Positions 41,532-53,400 are shown, numbered from the stretch's first letter. The stretch is DNA of 64,000 bases from a bacterium (GCA_963693055.1 OY843751.1:2528001-2592000); one strand, 5' to 3'. A program made the numbers and translations. The notes: generated by a model from the letters alone, not told the origin.

Positions 41532-42305
41532 ATGGACCCCATTACAATCGGCGCATTGGTCAAAGGCGGCAGTGCTCTCGGCAAATACGCCTATAACAAA
41601 TGGTTCAACAAACAGAAGAATTTTGATGATACCCCGGGCGGCCGTCGAATGAAACTGCTGGCCAAAGAAGGAGTGTACAATCCCCGCGTCACCCGCACTA
41701 TACTCGGACAGGTGGGCAAAGCCACCGGCAGTACTGCCCAGATTGCCAAAACCAACCTCAAAGGTAATTTGATCGCCAGCGGTATGGAAAACAGCATTGC
41801 CGGACAGGGACGTATAGCCAGTATCGACAGCCAGCGTATGGAGAAAATAGGGGACGTGGCTGCCGATCTGGCCACCAAAAACGAAATGTCCAAAGTGGAA
41901 GCGCAGGACAAATACACCATGGCCAAACAGGGATACCAGGACAGAATCAAAGCCATGGAACAGGAAAATACCGGCAACCTGGTGAGCGGACTCATCAATA
42001 CCGCGGGCAGTTATGTCATGGGCAAGGCACAGCAGACCGGTATGGAAAATATTGATTTTTCGGATCCTTCTTCCCTGACCCAGTGGGTTGCTTCACAACC
42101 TGACCAGGCCAAAGCCATGTCCCAGCTCCGGGACCTGGCTTATTCCAGTTATTACGGCGGTAAAGGCGCCAGTGCGGTGAGTGAACAGGACATATTGGGA
42201 CTGCTACAAAAAGACCCGGCAAGGGCCGGACAGACCATACAGATTTTGAATGAACTGGGCATGCTGCCGAAACGGATACTGAACTATTTAAAAGCCGGGG
42301 AATAA
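41532..42305 (+). CDS. Putative internal virion / DNA-ejection protein
   Basis: MDPITIGALVKGG start, Gly/Ala-rich helical composition, position after tail genes. Confidence 0.55.
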   Translation: MDPITIGALVKGGSALGKYAYNKWFNKQKNFDDTPGGRRMKLLAKEGVYNPRVTRTILGQVGKATGSTAQIAKTNLKGNLIASGMENSIAGQGRIASIDSQRMEKIGDVAADLATKNEMSKVEAQDKYTMAKQGYQDRIKAMEQENTGNLVSGLINTAGSYVMGKAQQTGMENIDFSDPSSLTQWVASQPDQAKAMSQLRDLAYSSYYGGKGASAVSEQDILGLLQKDPARAGQTIQILNELGMLPKRILNYLKAGE

Positions 42306-42390
42306 CACACATGGCAGAGAAACTGGACCCGAAAAAGCTTGAGAAACTGGTCGGTCTGTTCCAGTCCCCGGTAGACGGCCTGGAGGCCGC

Positions 42391-42567
42391 ATGAAATACA
42401 AAGCCAGGGAAAAGCTTTCGGCGGTGGTGCGAGTATACGTATTGGGAGAAAAAGTCGCGGTCGTCTGCCGCGACTTGCACATCTCCCGCCAAACCTGGTA
42501 CCGCTGGGAAAAAGAGTTTCGCTCTGCAATTGGAAAGATTTGGGGTGGGCTGAAAAAGTTGAATTAA
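42391..42567 (+). CDS. Small HTH protein (transposase-type HTH), not in the ORF track
   Basis: GGAGG RBS; MKYKAREKLSAV...VAVVCRDLHISRQTWYRWEKEF; overlaps a 27-codon stub at 42311-42394. Confidence 0.6.
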   Translation: MKYKAREKLSAVVRVYVLGEKVAVVCRDLHISRQTWYRWEKEFRSAIGKIWGGLKKLN

Positions 42568-42717
42568 ATCAAATGGTTGAATAGAAAATCTGATTCCCTT
42601 TTTTATTTAAAATAATTCATATTTCAATTGCATGTTTCTACGAAAATACATTTATTAAAATATTCAAACATTAAACTGATACGGGGTATCTTGGGTGGAA
42701 AACTTTTATATGTTATG

Positions 42718-42783
42718 ACGATCTATACTCATGTACCTAACAATGGCGATTAAGGTATTCGCAGCCCAGTTGATGATCTGTAG
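42718..42783 (+). pseudogene. intI: Integron integrase C-terminal remnant
   Basis: Translates TIYTHVPNNGD*GIRSPVDDL*, matching the IntI end TMIYTHVLNRGG.GVRSPLD. Confidence 0.75.
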
Positions 42784-42969
42784 CAAAGTGTAATCTGGAA
42801 TACAAGTCGTATAACATAAAATTATGGTCATTGTTTTTTTATGATAACATCATGTTTTTATTGTAATTGAGTCAGAATATCGTGATTTGTTAAACGACAA
42901 GTATTTGCATTCTATAATTGGTTATCAAACTCGTTAAATACTATGTTAGAATGAAAAAGGAGAAATCGA

Positions 42970-43872
42970 ATGTCAGAGGACAATCAGAAAACTACCAAGT
43001 TCGATGCAGCAGCATCCAAACTCAGATCGGTGACTAGCGGAGCCCTGAGACTTACGGTTATCATTCTCTTTGCCGTCGTGGCATGGCGAATAGCTTGGTC
43101 GAATTTCAGTTTGGATCTCAGTAAATTCGATTTTACTGATCTTCTGGCTATGATTTTAGCTCTCTTTGCGATGGGGATGTCGGTGGCTTTTTACTTTAAG
43201 TCCACGGATTCAAGCAATCAATTCTACGACAACATTTACAATTTCACGCAAAAGACATCTGAAATTCTTGGCCGTATTGAAGAACGATTTGGTGAGCGAC
43301 TTAAGCATCTTGACGAAGGCTATGGGAGAATGCAGTCGCAGTTCGATGGAATTGCAAAGACACCAGGCGAGATTGAAAAGGAAGTTAAAGAAACAGAGGG
43401 AAAAGAAGAGCAAGAAAAAGAGAAGCTCGAAGAAGCCAAAAAGGCAATGCAAGAGATGATGGAGACGCTTGCTGAAAAAGCAAAATTACAGCAAAAAGAA
43501 AAAGAGGAATTCTACCAGAAGATGGGTGAACTCGCAACCGAGAGAGACTTGGCACAACAAAAACTTCGCGAGCTTGAAGAAGATCGTGACGGGATGAGGC
43601 AACAACTTCATATGATGGAGCGGGACATGATGGAGGATCCAGAGCTACATAATCCAATAGTAATGGAAATACTTCGTCACCCTGAAATACGACATCTACT
43701 TCGAGATGGTACTCCTGCCCGCATCATTCGAAGACAGGCTCAGCGTCTTTTTTCTGAGATGCCGATACAATTTCTCAAACAACTGCGCGAAGCCGGAATA
43801 ATCAACGAAAATAACGAGCTAACCACCGCTGGCGGGCTAATGCTGCGATCGATGTCACGACGATATAGATGA
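42970..43872 (+). CDS. Cassette 1: two-TM coiled-coil protein
   Basis: Two hydrophobic helices, long E/K-rich coiled coil; followed by attC. Confidence 0.75.
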   Translation: MSEDNQKTTKFDAAASKLRSVTSGALRLTVIILFAVVAWRIAWSNFSLDLSKFDFTDLLAMILALFAMGMSVAFYFKSTDSSNQFYDNIYNFTQKTSEILGRIEERFGERLKHLDEGYGRMQSQFDGIAKTPGEIEKEVKETEGKEEQEKEKLEEAKKAMQEMMETLAEKAKLQQKEKEEFYQKMGELATERDLAQQKLRELEEDRDGMRQQLHMMERDMMEDPELHNPIVMEILRHPEIRHLLRDGTPARIIRRQAQRLFSEMPIQFLKQLREAGIINENNELTTAGGLMLRSMSRRYR

Positions 43873-43944
43873 AGATTCTAACAAAGGCATCCACACGTAC
43901 GCGCGCCGGTGATGCCAGCCGTTAGCTTTTATGGAAGATAGACT

Positions 43945-44598
43945 ATGGAAATTGCTAAAATTATTCTAGAATACTTAAAGGTTACTATCTGGCCTATCAC
44001 AACCTTTATATTATTACTAATTTTCAAAAAAGATATTTGTAAAATTTTAATGCGATTGAAAAAAGCAGATTTACCTGGCGGTATATCTCTTGAAACATTT
44101 CCAGAACAAATTGAAGAAGCAAAATCTTTATTAATAGAAGTTAAGGAAGAAAAGAAAGAAGAAGATAAATTAAGAAAACAAATATATGCTACAATTCCAT
44201 TAACAGAAGCAAACGCAAAAATGATAACATTAGGTCTTGCACCATCACCTTCAGGTCTTGAACTTGATAAATACAAACAATTAGCTGAACGAGATCCAAA
44301 CTTAGCACTTGCAGGACTCAGGATGGAACTTGAAATAATGTTGAAAAATTTGGCAAAAGGCTATAAAATCAATATTAACAAAAGGGCTTCAACGACGAAC
44401 ATTACTAAGGAATTGAAAGAAAAAAATGCTATAACTAAAAATCAATCTGATTTAATACACACAATTATAAATTTAGCAAATGCCGCTGTTCATGGTGTTA
44501 AGGTTACAAAGTCTCAGGCCAATGATATCCTACAAATATCAGAAACATTAAGAGATCAATATATTAATTGGCTGAGTTGGGGCTTTACTGATAAATAA
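43945..44598 (+). CDS. Cassette 2: N-terminal TM + HEPN/DUF4145-like domain
   Basis: WPITTFILLLIFK TM; LRMELE...LANAAVHG (RxxxxH-like, R replaced). Confidence 0.6.
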   Translation: MEIAKIILEYLKVTIWPITTFILLLIFKKDICKILMRLKKADLPGGISLETFPEQIEEAKSLLIEVKEEKKEEDKLRKQIYATIPLTEANAKMITLGLAPSPSGLELDKYKQLAERDPNLALAGLRMELEIMLKNLAKGYKININKRASTTNITKELKEKNAITKNQSDLIHTIINLANAAVHGVKVTKSQANDILQISETLRDQYINWLSWGFTDK

Positions 44599-44758
44599 TA
44601 AAGCTAACAATTGTTTCCAGCGGATCGCTAAAGCGATCCACTAAATTCCACGTGGACGTGGAATTCGAAATACAACATTCGGGACGCTTGCTCTTGGCTC
44701 GCGACCGCTGAAACAGACGTTATAAGTAATCTCGAGCCTCGCGCAAAGGAGTATAAAT

Positions 44759-45318
44759 ATGAAATGTTCCGTATATATAGCAACAAGTGTAGATGGGTAA
44801 TTGCAACACCTGATGGAGGTGTTGATTGGCTGCATACAGCAGGTAATTTAGAAGCTGACATGGGCGATGAAGATATGGGGTTTCGTGATTTTATGGACTC
44901 CTTAGACTGCATGATAATGGGGCGTAAGTGCATGGAAATGATTTCCAATATAAACTTAACCCCAGAACAATGGATTTATGGTGACATGCCTATTTTTGTA
45001 CTCAGCAATACAGTTAAAGAGGCTCCTGAAAATCTTCGAGGGAAAGTTGAAATGTATTCCGGCAATATTAAAGAATTAACTTTAAAGCTCGAGAAGAACG
45101 GATATACACACGCATACATTGATGGTGGTTCCACTATTACATCGTTTCTAAATCATGGCCTAATTAGCGAAATGATTATAACCAAAGCCCCTGTACTTTT
45201 AGGCGAAGGTCTTCCCCTTTTTGGAAAAATCAACAAAAAGCTAAAGTTAGAAAATACTGAAGTGAAATCGTTCCCAAATTACTGGTATCAACTTAAGTGT
45301 AGCGTAAATTACTTATAA
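44759..45318 (+). pseudogene. Cassette 3: DHFR-like / RibD C-terminal family protein with a frameshift
   Basis: MKCSVYIATSVDG then TAA; a single missing base restores DG(Y)IATPDGGVDWL...MGRK...DGG...PVLLGEGLPLF. Confidence 0.85.
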
Positions 45319-45403
45319 CAAATGCATGCACCGGAGCTTCCCGCCGCTGTCGCTCTAGGAACCCCGGTGATGCTGGTGTTAGGCTTTAACAGGGAGGTGG
45401 TTT

Positions 45404-45877
45404 TTGATCCAGATCTACAAGAATCTTTATGTTGGTGAAGATTTTGAGTGTTTTGATGATAAAGAGAAGTGGGTCACTGTCCATGCTTGTAAATCTCCAT
45501 GTCATCAGCGAATCATAGGCTATAGAGGTAGTCTTCCATCGAACCATCCACACTATTTAGTTTATGAAAATGATAGAAACTTGTATTTAAATATTATTGA
45601 TCCCCCCATCCCACTCTTCAAACTAGAACTTTTTACAACTTTTCTTAAGTTCGGAGCGAAGCATTATAAAGAGGAAAAATTAATTTTCATTCATTGTAAT
45701 CGAGGTGAGTCTCGAGCACCATCGTTAGCACTCCTCTTTTTAGCAAAACATTTAAAGGCTATTGACAACAATTCATACCAAACTGCGATGAGTGAATTTG
45801 CTGCAATTTACCCCCAGTATAATCCAGGAAATGGGATAAGAAAATTTCTGACTGAAAACTGGACAATAATAAAATGA
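45404..45877 (+). CDS. Cassette 4a: dual-specificity/tyrosine phosphatase
   Basis: IHCNRGESRA (HCxxGxSR); NLYVG; YNP. Confidence 0.85.
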   Translation: MIQIYKNLYVGEDFECFDDKEKWVTVHACKSPCHQRIIGYRGSLPSNHPHYLVYENDRNLYLNIIDPPIPLFKLELFTTFLKFGAKHYKEEKLIFIHCNRGESRAPSLALLFLAKHLKAIDNNSYQTAMSEFAAIYPQYNPGNGIRKFLTENWTIIK

Positions 45878-46596
45878 TAATGATTTTTTTTGATGAAACT
45901 GGTGATTCAAAATTTAAAGAATATTTTGGCATTTGTTGCGTCCGGATTAATTCCGCATTCTATACACAAGTTAAAAGAGAATTTCAAAGTATCCTTGAAT
46001 CAAACCAATGGGACACAAATATTGAGTTCAAAGGATCGCATTTATTTTCAGCAAATAGTGGCGATACTAATATTACTATCGATCAGAGGATCAATATAGC
46101 TGAATCCTTAATAGGTTTAAATACTGCGAATAAAAATGCACGGATTTGCTTCTCCTATTTTAGCAAAGTATCAACCGACCATAGAAGTGATTATTTAGAA
46201 TATTTGCCTATATTATTGGATAAGGCCCTTCCAAAAGTAAATCATAAAAACGGGAAGGATATTGTTACAATCCATTGCGATAATAGAAGCGATATTTCAA
46301 TCAATGAGGTCCGAGAGAGCATTATGCCGATCATATCATCAAATGAATATACATTATTTGAAGATGTCTCGATGCCGAATTCTCGATTTGAAACTGTAGG
46401 CTTATTATACGCTGATTTAATCGGATATTTGATCGCCAGAGTTGAAACAATTAGTTCAGATGCGGAATTGTTCGAAAATATTCCACAGGATCAATGGGAA
46501 AACAATGGTAAGGTTAAAAAATTGAAATCATCAACAAAGCTATTGCAGCAGATAAAAAATATAAATTTATACAAAGTTAAAGGTAGTCAAGGCTAA
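45874..46596 (+). CDS. Cassette 4b: DUF3800-like protein
   Basis: IFFDETG, EFKG, CD, LLYADL motifs; ATGA overlap with 4a. Confidence 0.65.
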   Translation: MIMIFFDETGDSKFKEYFGICCVRINSAFYTQVKREFQSILESNQWDTNIEFKGSHLFSANSGDTNITIDQRINIAESLIGLNTANKNARICFSYFSKVSTDHRSDYLEYLPILLDKALPKVNHKNGKDIVTIHCDNRSDISINEVRESIMPIISSNEYTLFEDVSMPNSRFETVGLLYADLIGYLIARVETISSDAELFENIPQDQWENNGKVKKLKSSTKLLQQIKNINLYKVKGSQG

Positions 46597-46750
46597 CAAG
46601 CTGCTGCACGCGACGGCTGGCGCCGTCGCTTTTGACAGCTTCGCTGTCAAAAGCTTTGGTAGATTTCGTGGCTTATGCTGATTAGCTTCCAGCCGCCGCG
46701 CGTGAGCAAAGTGTTAGCTGCTCAAGGCATTTCCAAAACAAGGAGATTTA

Positions 46751-48421
46751 ATGAAATTACCAGAACCACAAACAAGAACATTTTCTAGTCTAATCTCAGA
46801 AATAGAGAAAGGCCAGATTAAAATCCCGCAGTTCCAAAGAGACTTTGTGTGGACAATTCAAAAGTCTGCTGGGTTAATTGATAGTGTTATTAAAGGTTAT
46901 CCGATAGGCACTTTTATTTTTTGGAAAACGAAGGACAGGCTGCGCTCTGTTAGGGATATAGGAATTCAAGTTTTGCCGGATCCTGAACTGGGTGAATCTG
47001 TAGATTATGTACTTGATGGACAGCAACGATTAACAAGTTTGTATGCTTGCTTGAAAGGGGTAAGCATAAAACGAGAAGATAGCAAGAAGATTGATGACTT
47101 TTCAAAAATATATATAAATTTAGAATCTGATGAAGATGAAAAAATAGTTACAACGGAAGTTGATGAAGAAAAAATCGATCACCATATAAGTATTCTTGAT
47201 TTGCTTACGGGAGATTTCACCGTTTTAGCATCTTATCCTGCTGAATACCATGAAAAATTAAAGCTCTACAAGAATAGGATTGAGAGCTACCAATATTCGA
47301 TTATTCAAGTTAAAGAAGCACCCATTGATATTGCAACAGAAATATTTACAAGGATTAACGTTGGAGGAAAACCCCTTTCCTTATTCGAAATAATGGTTGC
47401 AAAAACATTTGATTACGAAAAGGATTTTGATTTATCTGAGAAGTTCGAACAACTAATTGATAATCTTAAGCCTCACGATTACGAAACAATATCTGATGCT
47501 ACAGTATTGCAAGTTGTTTCAATGATTATTTCTAAAGAATGCAAGCGTCAAGTAATATTGAAGATAGATAAAACTAAGTTTATTGATACCTGGGATAGGG
47601 CTGTTGACTCAATTGAAAGAACGGTTGAATACTTTAAAAGTTACTACAGAATCCCTGTTTCTCAGCTACTTCCATACAATGCATTAATAGTTCCTTTTTC
47701 ATATTTCTTTTTTCATCATAAAGATAAACCTACAGGGGATAAACAAAAATATCTACAAGACTTTTTTTGGCGATGTTCGTTATCAGGTCGTTATTCATCT
47801 TCTGTAGAGAGTAAATTAGCTCAGGATATAAAGAGAATTGAAAATATTCTTGAAGATAAATTGCCGATTTATGATTGGTCAATTGATTCCTCTAAGGATT
47901 TTATTATTGATAATGGCTGGTTTAGTGCGGGAAGGAGCTATATTAAGGCAATTTTATGCATATACGCATATCATCAGCCGAAATCATTTATTGACAACTC
48001 TCTGGTGAACATTAGTAATTACTGGCTAAAACAGGCTAACAGTAAGAACTATCACCACTTTTTTCCTAGGGCGTATCTAAAAAAGCAAGGAGAGGAGGAA
48101 CACTATATTAACCATATATTGAATATCACAATAGTGGATGATTTTTTGAACAAGCGTGAAATAGGTGCAAAAGCACCTTCAAAATACATGAGCCAGTTCA
48201 AAAAGATTAATCCTGAAATAGAGTCCTCAATGAAATCACATCTTATTAATGATTTATATGGTTTTGGTGTTTTGGAGGATGACTATGATTCTTTCTTCGA
48301 AAGTAGAGCAAATTTGCTCAATAAGGAAATAGAAAAACGAATCATAAAGCAAGAAGTTGATAGAAAATCGCAGCCAGATATTCAGGATGATTATGAGGAA
48401 GAACCAACTGTTACAGAATAA
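46751..48421 (+). CDS. Cassette 5: GmrSD-like restriction protein (DUF262 + HNH-like domain)
   Basis: IPQFQRDFVW, LDGQQRLTS, IFTRINVGG; C-terminal HHFFP...N...N. Confidence 0.85.
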   Translation: MKLPEPQTRTFSSLISEIEKGQIKIPQFQRDFVWTIQKSAGLIDSVIKGYPIGTFIFWKTKDRLRSVRDIGIQVLPDPELGESVDYVLDGQQRLTSLYACLKGVSIKREDSKKIDDFSKIYINLESDEDEKIVTTEVDEEKIDHHISILDLLTGDFTVLASYPAEYHEKLKLYKNRIESYQYSIIQVKEAPIDIATEIFTRINVGGKPLSLFEIMVAKTFDYEKDFDLSEKFEQLIDNLKPHDYETISDATVLQVVSMIISKECKRQVILKIDKTKFIDTWDRAVDSIERTVEYFKSYYRIPVSQLLPYNALIVPFSYFFFHHKDKPTGDKQKYLQDFFWRCSLSGRYSSSVESKLAQDIKRIENILEDKLPIYDWSIDSSKDFIIDNGWFSAGRSYIKAILCIYAYHQPKSFIDNSLVNISNYWLKQANSKNYHHFFPRAYLKKQGEEEHYINHILNITIVDDFLNKREIGAKAPSKYMSQFKKINPEIESSMKSHLINDLYGFGVLEDDYDSFFESRANLLNKEIEKRIIKQEVDRKSQPDIQDDYEEEPTVTE

Positions 48422-48693
48422 ACTGCAGCTAACAATCACATTCACTCGGACAGCAAAAAGCGCCGCTTCGCTCTGCCTTTTGCTGCCGGTGATGTGAAGC
48501 GTTATAAAGAACACACACTAAAGTAACAACTCTTCCAACATCCCCCTTATTTTTCCTAAACTTACCTCATTTTTCACACCAATTCTGTCACTCCTTGCAC
48601 TACAATATATAGATTATTCTTGCATCAAAGGAACCATATATAATATATTTCATTTTATTCCATAAACATAGGTGTAAACGAAAGGAGAATCCT

Positions 48694-50360
48694 ATGGCTA
48701 AAGTGGATGAATTTCTGTTATCACTGCATGCAAAAGAAATCATTACCAGTTTGCGGTCTATGAAAACGGCAAATAAAAAGTCATAACCATCCGGGATGAC
48801 GCGCTGGTGCGCGGATTAAAGAATATGGGAGCTGAAAAAGGACTGCGTTTTCTGGACAATATCAATACGTGGTTACGGGCGGTCAATACCATGCTCAATC
48901 CGGAATTTATACTGACCAATTTTGAGCGGGACTTGCAGACCGCCCTGATCAACATATCCGGTGAACAAGTTAAAGGACTGAAACGTAAAGTTGTTAAAGA
49001 CATTCCCAAAGCCATGAAAGGGATCATGTCCGAACTGCGGGGCGAAGGAGAAGGAGAGTGGGCAGACCATTTTCAGTCTTTTAAAGCTGAAGGCGCGAAA
49101 ACCGGCTGGTATGACAATACATCATTGGAAGAAAAACAGAAACAGTTTGAAAAGAAAATCCGGTTTTACAGCAAAGGCAGCAAGTGGGCCCAGATGGCCA
49201 AAGCCACAACGGATTTTATCTGGGATTTGAACGAGACTGTTGAAAACGCCGTCCGTCTGGCCGCTTACAAGAACGCCATTGATGCCGGGTACACCCGGAA
49301 GCAGGCCGCCAATCTGGCCAAAAACCTGACCGTCAATTTTAACAAAAAAGGCGAAATTGGTGCTGCACTTAATAGTTGGTATCTTTTCAGTAATGCCGGA
49401 ATCCAGGGCGGCGCTCGCCTGGTCACTGCTTTAAAGAGCCCTAAAGTACAAAAACTGGCCGTCGGACTGGTAGCGTTCAGCTTTTTACTGGATATGTATA
49501 ACCGCTGGTATGATGAAGACGAATATGAGAAAATCCCGGAATACATCCGCGACACCAATTACGTGCTCATGATGCCTAATGGCAAATATCTCATGATCAA
49601 ACTGCCCTATGGATACAATGTGTTTAACGTCATGGGCAATGCCTTTGCAGAAGTTTATGATATGATGGGTGAAAAACGGACCACATCCCGGGAGTTGCTG
49701 CACCAGGGCGGTCGTATTATGAGTAATTTGGTTGACGCTTTTAATCCACTGGGAAACAGCGGTTCAGTGATACAGTTAATCATGCCTACAATATTCGATC
49801 CTTTAGCCCAGATCGGGGAGAACAAGAACTTTTTTGGCGATCCTATCAGAAAAGACCAACCGGCTTATGGTACCAAAGTACCGGAAAGTCAATTGTATTT
49901 CAAGGGTGTAAATCCCTTAACCCGGGCTTTTACGGATTGGTTAAACCGCGCCTTTGGCGGTTCCGAGGTGAAACAAAGCAGCAAATATACAGATATTAAT
50001 CCTGAAAATATCGATCATTTGATTGAATATATTGGCGGTGGTTTGGGCCGCATGCTGGCAAACACTATAACAACCGGTATGTCCCTAATCAAGGAAAGCA
50101 AACTGCCGGACCTTAACAAAATCCCCTTTGTCCGCAAGGTGGTAGGAGAAACAACGGACTGGACAGAAACACAGAAACTGTACGGCATGTTGGAGGAAGC
50201 AGGTCGTACCGAATACACAGAAACCGAAAAGGAGCAATTTTACAACGATTTGGCCGCGGCTTTTGAAAATGGGTTGATCGACAAGACACAATATCGTCGA
50301 GTCAGGAGTATGTTCAATAACGCCCAGGCCAAACTGCAGCAATCCCTACAGCCGCAATAA
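48694..50360 (+). pseudogene. C-terminal remnant of a large polyvalent virion protein (LPD38-like)
   Basis: ENAVRLAAY, AKNLTVNFNKKG, YLFSNAGIQG, IKLPYGY, NKNFFGDPI, INPENIDHL; in-frame TAA at 48774 upstream of ORF 48807..50360. Confidence 0.75.
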
Positions 50361-50458
50361 GGCTTTATATTATTGATCACTCTTTTCTCTGACGATTGAC
50401 AACAACCGGATAAGCTGAACGCATATCCGGGAACCTGTTCAACATTGGAGAAAAACCC

Positions 50459-53400
50459 ATGAAAAAGCTATTTGCAGCAGTCGTATGTCTGTTACTGATT
50501 TTCACATCCATCCTTGCGCAAAAACCACCACTGAATGTTGACAGTCTTAAGATCGGTGAAAAGAACGTCACCGGTTTTTTTGACGCATTGGATGAAGAAA
50601 ACAATCTCACATCTGTTGGAGTAGGAGATACATCTATATCAAGGGGCAAACTCAAGGACAGCGCAGTCGATTCCAGTAAATTGGATACAGACGCAGTCAT
50701 TACCGACAAGATCAAAGATGACGCCATCAGTAGTGATAAGATCAAAAAAGACGCCATTTCCAACAACCATATCCAGGACCATGCAGTTGATTCCAGCAAG
50801 ATCGCAAACAAGGCGGTCAATAGTGATAAAATAGATGATGATGCCGTAACCGCGAACCAGATCGCGGCACTGGCCATTCAAACCGCGCATCTGGGTCCGG
50901 GAATTGTGGTCAATACCAAACTGGCTGATGGCGCGGTATTTGGGGACAAAATCGCGAATTACGGTATCACCAGCCTGAAAATGGCCAATGCTTCCGTGTA
51001 TGAACGGGCCATTGTGGACGAAGCCGTGACTACCGATAAAGTCAAGGATGGTACCCTGACCGAACAGGACCTGTCCCCGGAACTGCTTGCAACCCTGAGC
51101 CTGAAAAGCCGGTTGACACTCAATCCGGATGATCTCACCCTGGAATTATACATCACAGACCCGGACACCTTTTTTCGGGTGAAAGAACTGGGGATATTGA
51201 CCTCACACCTGGCTGACGGAACGGTCACCTCTGCCAAGATCGCGGACGGTACCATTACCGAACAGGACATCGGCAACCGGCAGGTGACCGAAGACAAACT
51301 CGATGACTGGTCCGTCTCCACTGTAAAAATGAGAGACCGGGCCGTTACCACCGTCAAGATCGATACTGGCGCTGTTACCAATCCCATCATAGCCCATGAA
51401 GCGGTTACCACGGACAAAATATCCGATTTACAGGTTACTACTAAAAAGATTGCAGATGAAGCGGTCACGGTTGACAAACTGGATGAAGACGCGGTTACCA
51501 CTCCCAAGATCAAAGACCGTAACGTCACCGAAGCCAAACTGGCTGACGGAGCGGTCAATTCAAGAGGGATCGAGGACAGCAGTATAACCCGTCAGGACAT
51601 TGATTATATCATTAACAACATGCTTGACCGTGCGGTAATTGGGAACTATCTGCCAGACGATATTACCCTGGAACTGACGGTAATTGATAATGATACCCTC
51701 TGGCAGGTCAAAGATGCCGGTATAACCGCCGGTAAACTGGGTTCCGGGGCAGTAATGAATGAAAAACTTGCTAATGATGCGGTAAGCACAGAAAAGATAC
51801 TGAATTACACCATTCATCTCGCGGATTTACACCCGGAAGTTCTTGCAGGTTTTCTGACTGCCGATTCCATTTATAACCTGGGCAGTAATATCCTTTTCAT
51901 TGAACCGCATGACGATATCCAGGCTGTTATCGATACCATGACAAACCGGTCCGCGTCAAACTGGTACACATTGCTGTTGTCACCCGGTAGACATACCCTA
52001 ACCCAAACCCTTGATCTTTATCCATATATTACCCTGATGGGACTGGGAGACCCGGATGATACAGAGATCTATGCGAACATGGATTCATCCCTGGTTGAAG
52101 CCGATTCCGGACTGGTTACCATCAAGAATATGACCTTTCGCAATGATGCCGTATTAACCACCGGTGGTTTGTCCTGGGGACCGAAAAGTCCGGTACGTAT
52201 CAATATTTCTTCCAGTCTGAATACCATCCCCAGACCGGTTACCTTGGAAAACCTGAATATCAATTATTATTGTAACAACGTCGGCGCGGACATTTCCGGG
52301 ATATATCTGAACGGTTATTTTGACAGCTATCCTGACTGGGGAACGATCATCAGAGACTGTTTTATACAAAGACTGAGCGCAGGTGTCGGCAATTATGGTA
52401 TACTGATCAGTGCCACCGGCGGCAGCAGCTCGATCAATTCACTGGCCAACAGCTTGATTATTGAGGATTGCAGAGTTTACAATTGTCATTATGGAATATC
52501 AATATCCAATGTGCAGCAGGAATTCGTTTATATCAAGGACTGTATCACCAATTTATGCAATATCAGTATCGGGGTGAGCTCTACATCCGCGGAAAACACC
52601 GGGGACAATGATTGTATTGTCAATATATTGGGTGGTTCGATTGTCAATGGTCCCAGTTATGATATTGAAGCCAACGGCAGCTCAAACTGTTATGCAACCG
52701 TTAATGTCAAAGGCGTACGTAATAATCCGGCCAACGTCTATGACGGTACCTATGCGGTTATAAACAACCTCGACAATCCCGAAGGAGGGGTAACAACTGT
52801 CAGTATCCTGGACAACACCATTGCAATGAATGATATCTCACTGCCAGTACAGGAAGAAATTCGGGATTCCTCCCGTGTAACCTTCCAGGCAGACACATTC
52901 AAAGTCGCAAGTGATACGGTCAAAGTCTATGCGGATGCCGACGGCAACCTGGTGCTGTATGACAAACTGAAAGGGGAAAGAACATTGACCGAACTGACAG
53001 AAGCGTCCAGCGGCGCCGGTCTTACCGGTAATGTCATGTAACTGGAACCTGCTGACGATATCGAAGATTCGCTTGAAGCGTTGGCCGCCACCGCATCGTC
53101 ACCCTGGACCATTTTGATGGCGCCCGGGAAATATACCTTGTCCGGTGATATTACCATCCCGTGCGGAAACTTTTCCATAATTGGATTGGGAGAACATCCG
53201 TCCCAGACCGAAATTTATTACAATGCTAATGATAATATCCTCTCTGCAGGCGGAAACAACTGGGGACTGTATAACCTGAAACTGCACCGGAACCCCACAT
53301 CCAGCAATACGTCTTATATGATCTATGCAACCTATTCAGACGCAGCGAACCCTGGACAGTTCCGGATCGAAAACTGTGTTATAGACGATTCCACATCCGG

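Larger units (their letters stand above)
42945..48507 (+). mobile_element. Integron cassette array, 5 cassettes
   Basis: Core GTTAGAA at 42945; attC sites 43876-43927, 44602-44725, 45313-45384, 46591-46719, 48427-48507, each TAAC...palindrome...GTTA; each cassette's core is complementary to its inverse core (one mismatch in cassette 4). Confidence 0.92.

Noticed and set aside
38019-42529. Long antisense ORFs over the GC-richer phage genes (e.g. 38019..38762, 39635..40210, 41591..41998)
   Set aside because: Shadow frames of the + strand genes, without RBS or motifs
44759-45318. Trimethoprim-resistance dfr cassette
   Set aside because: Motifs fit the RibD-C/DHFR-like family rather than DfrA, and the gene is frameshifted
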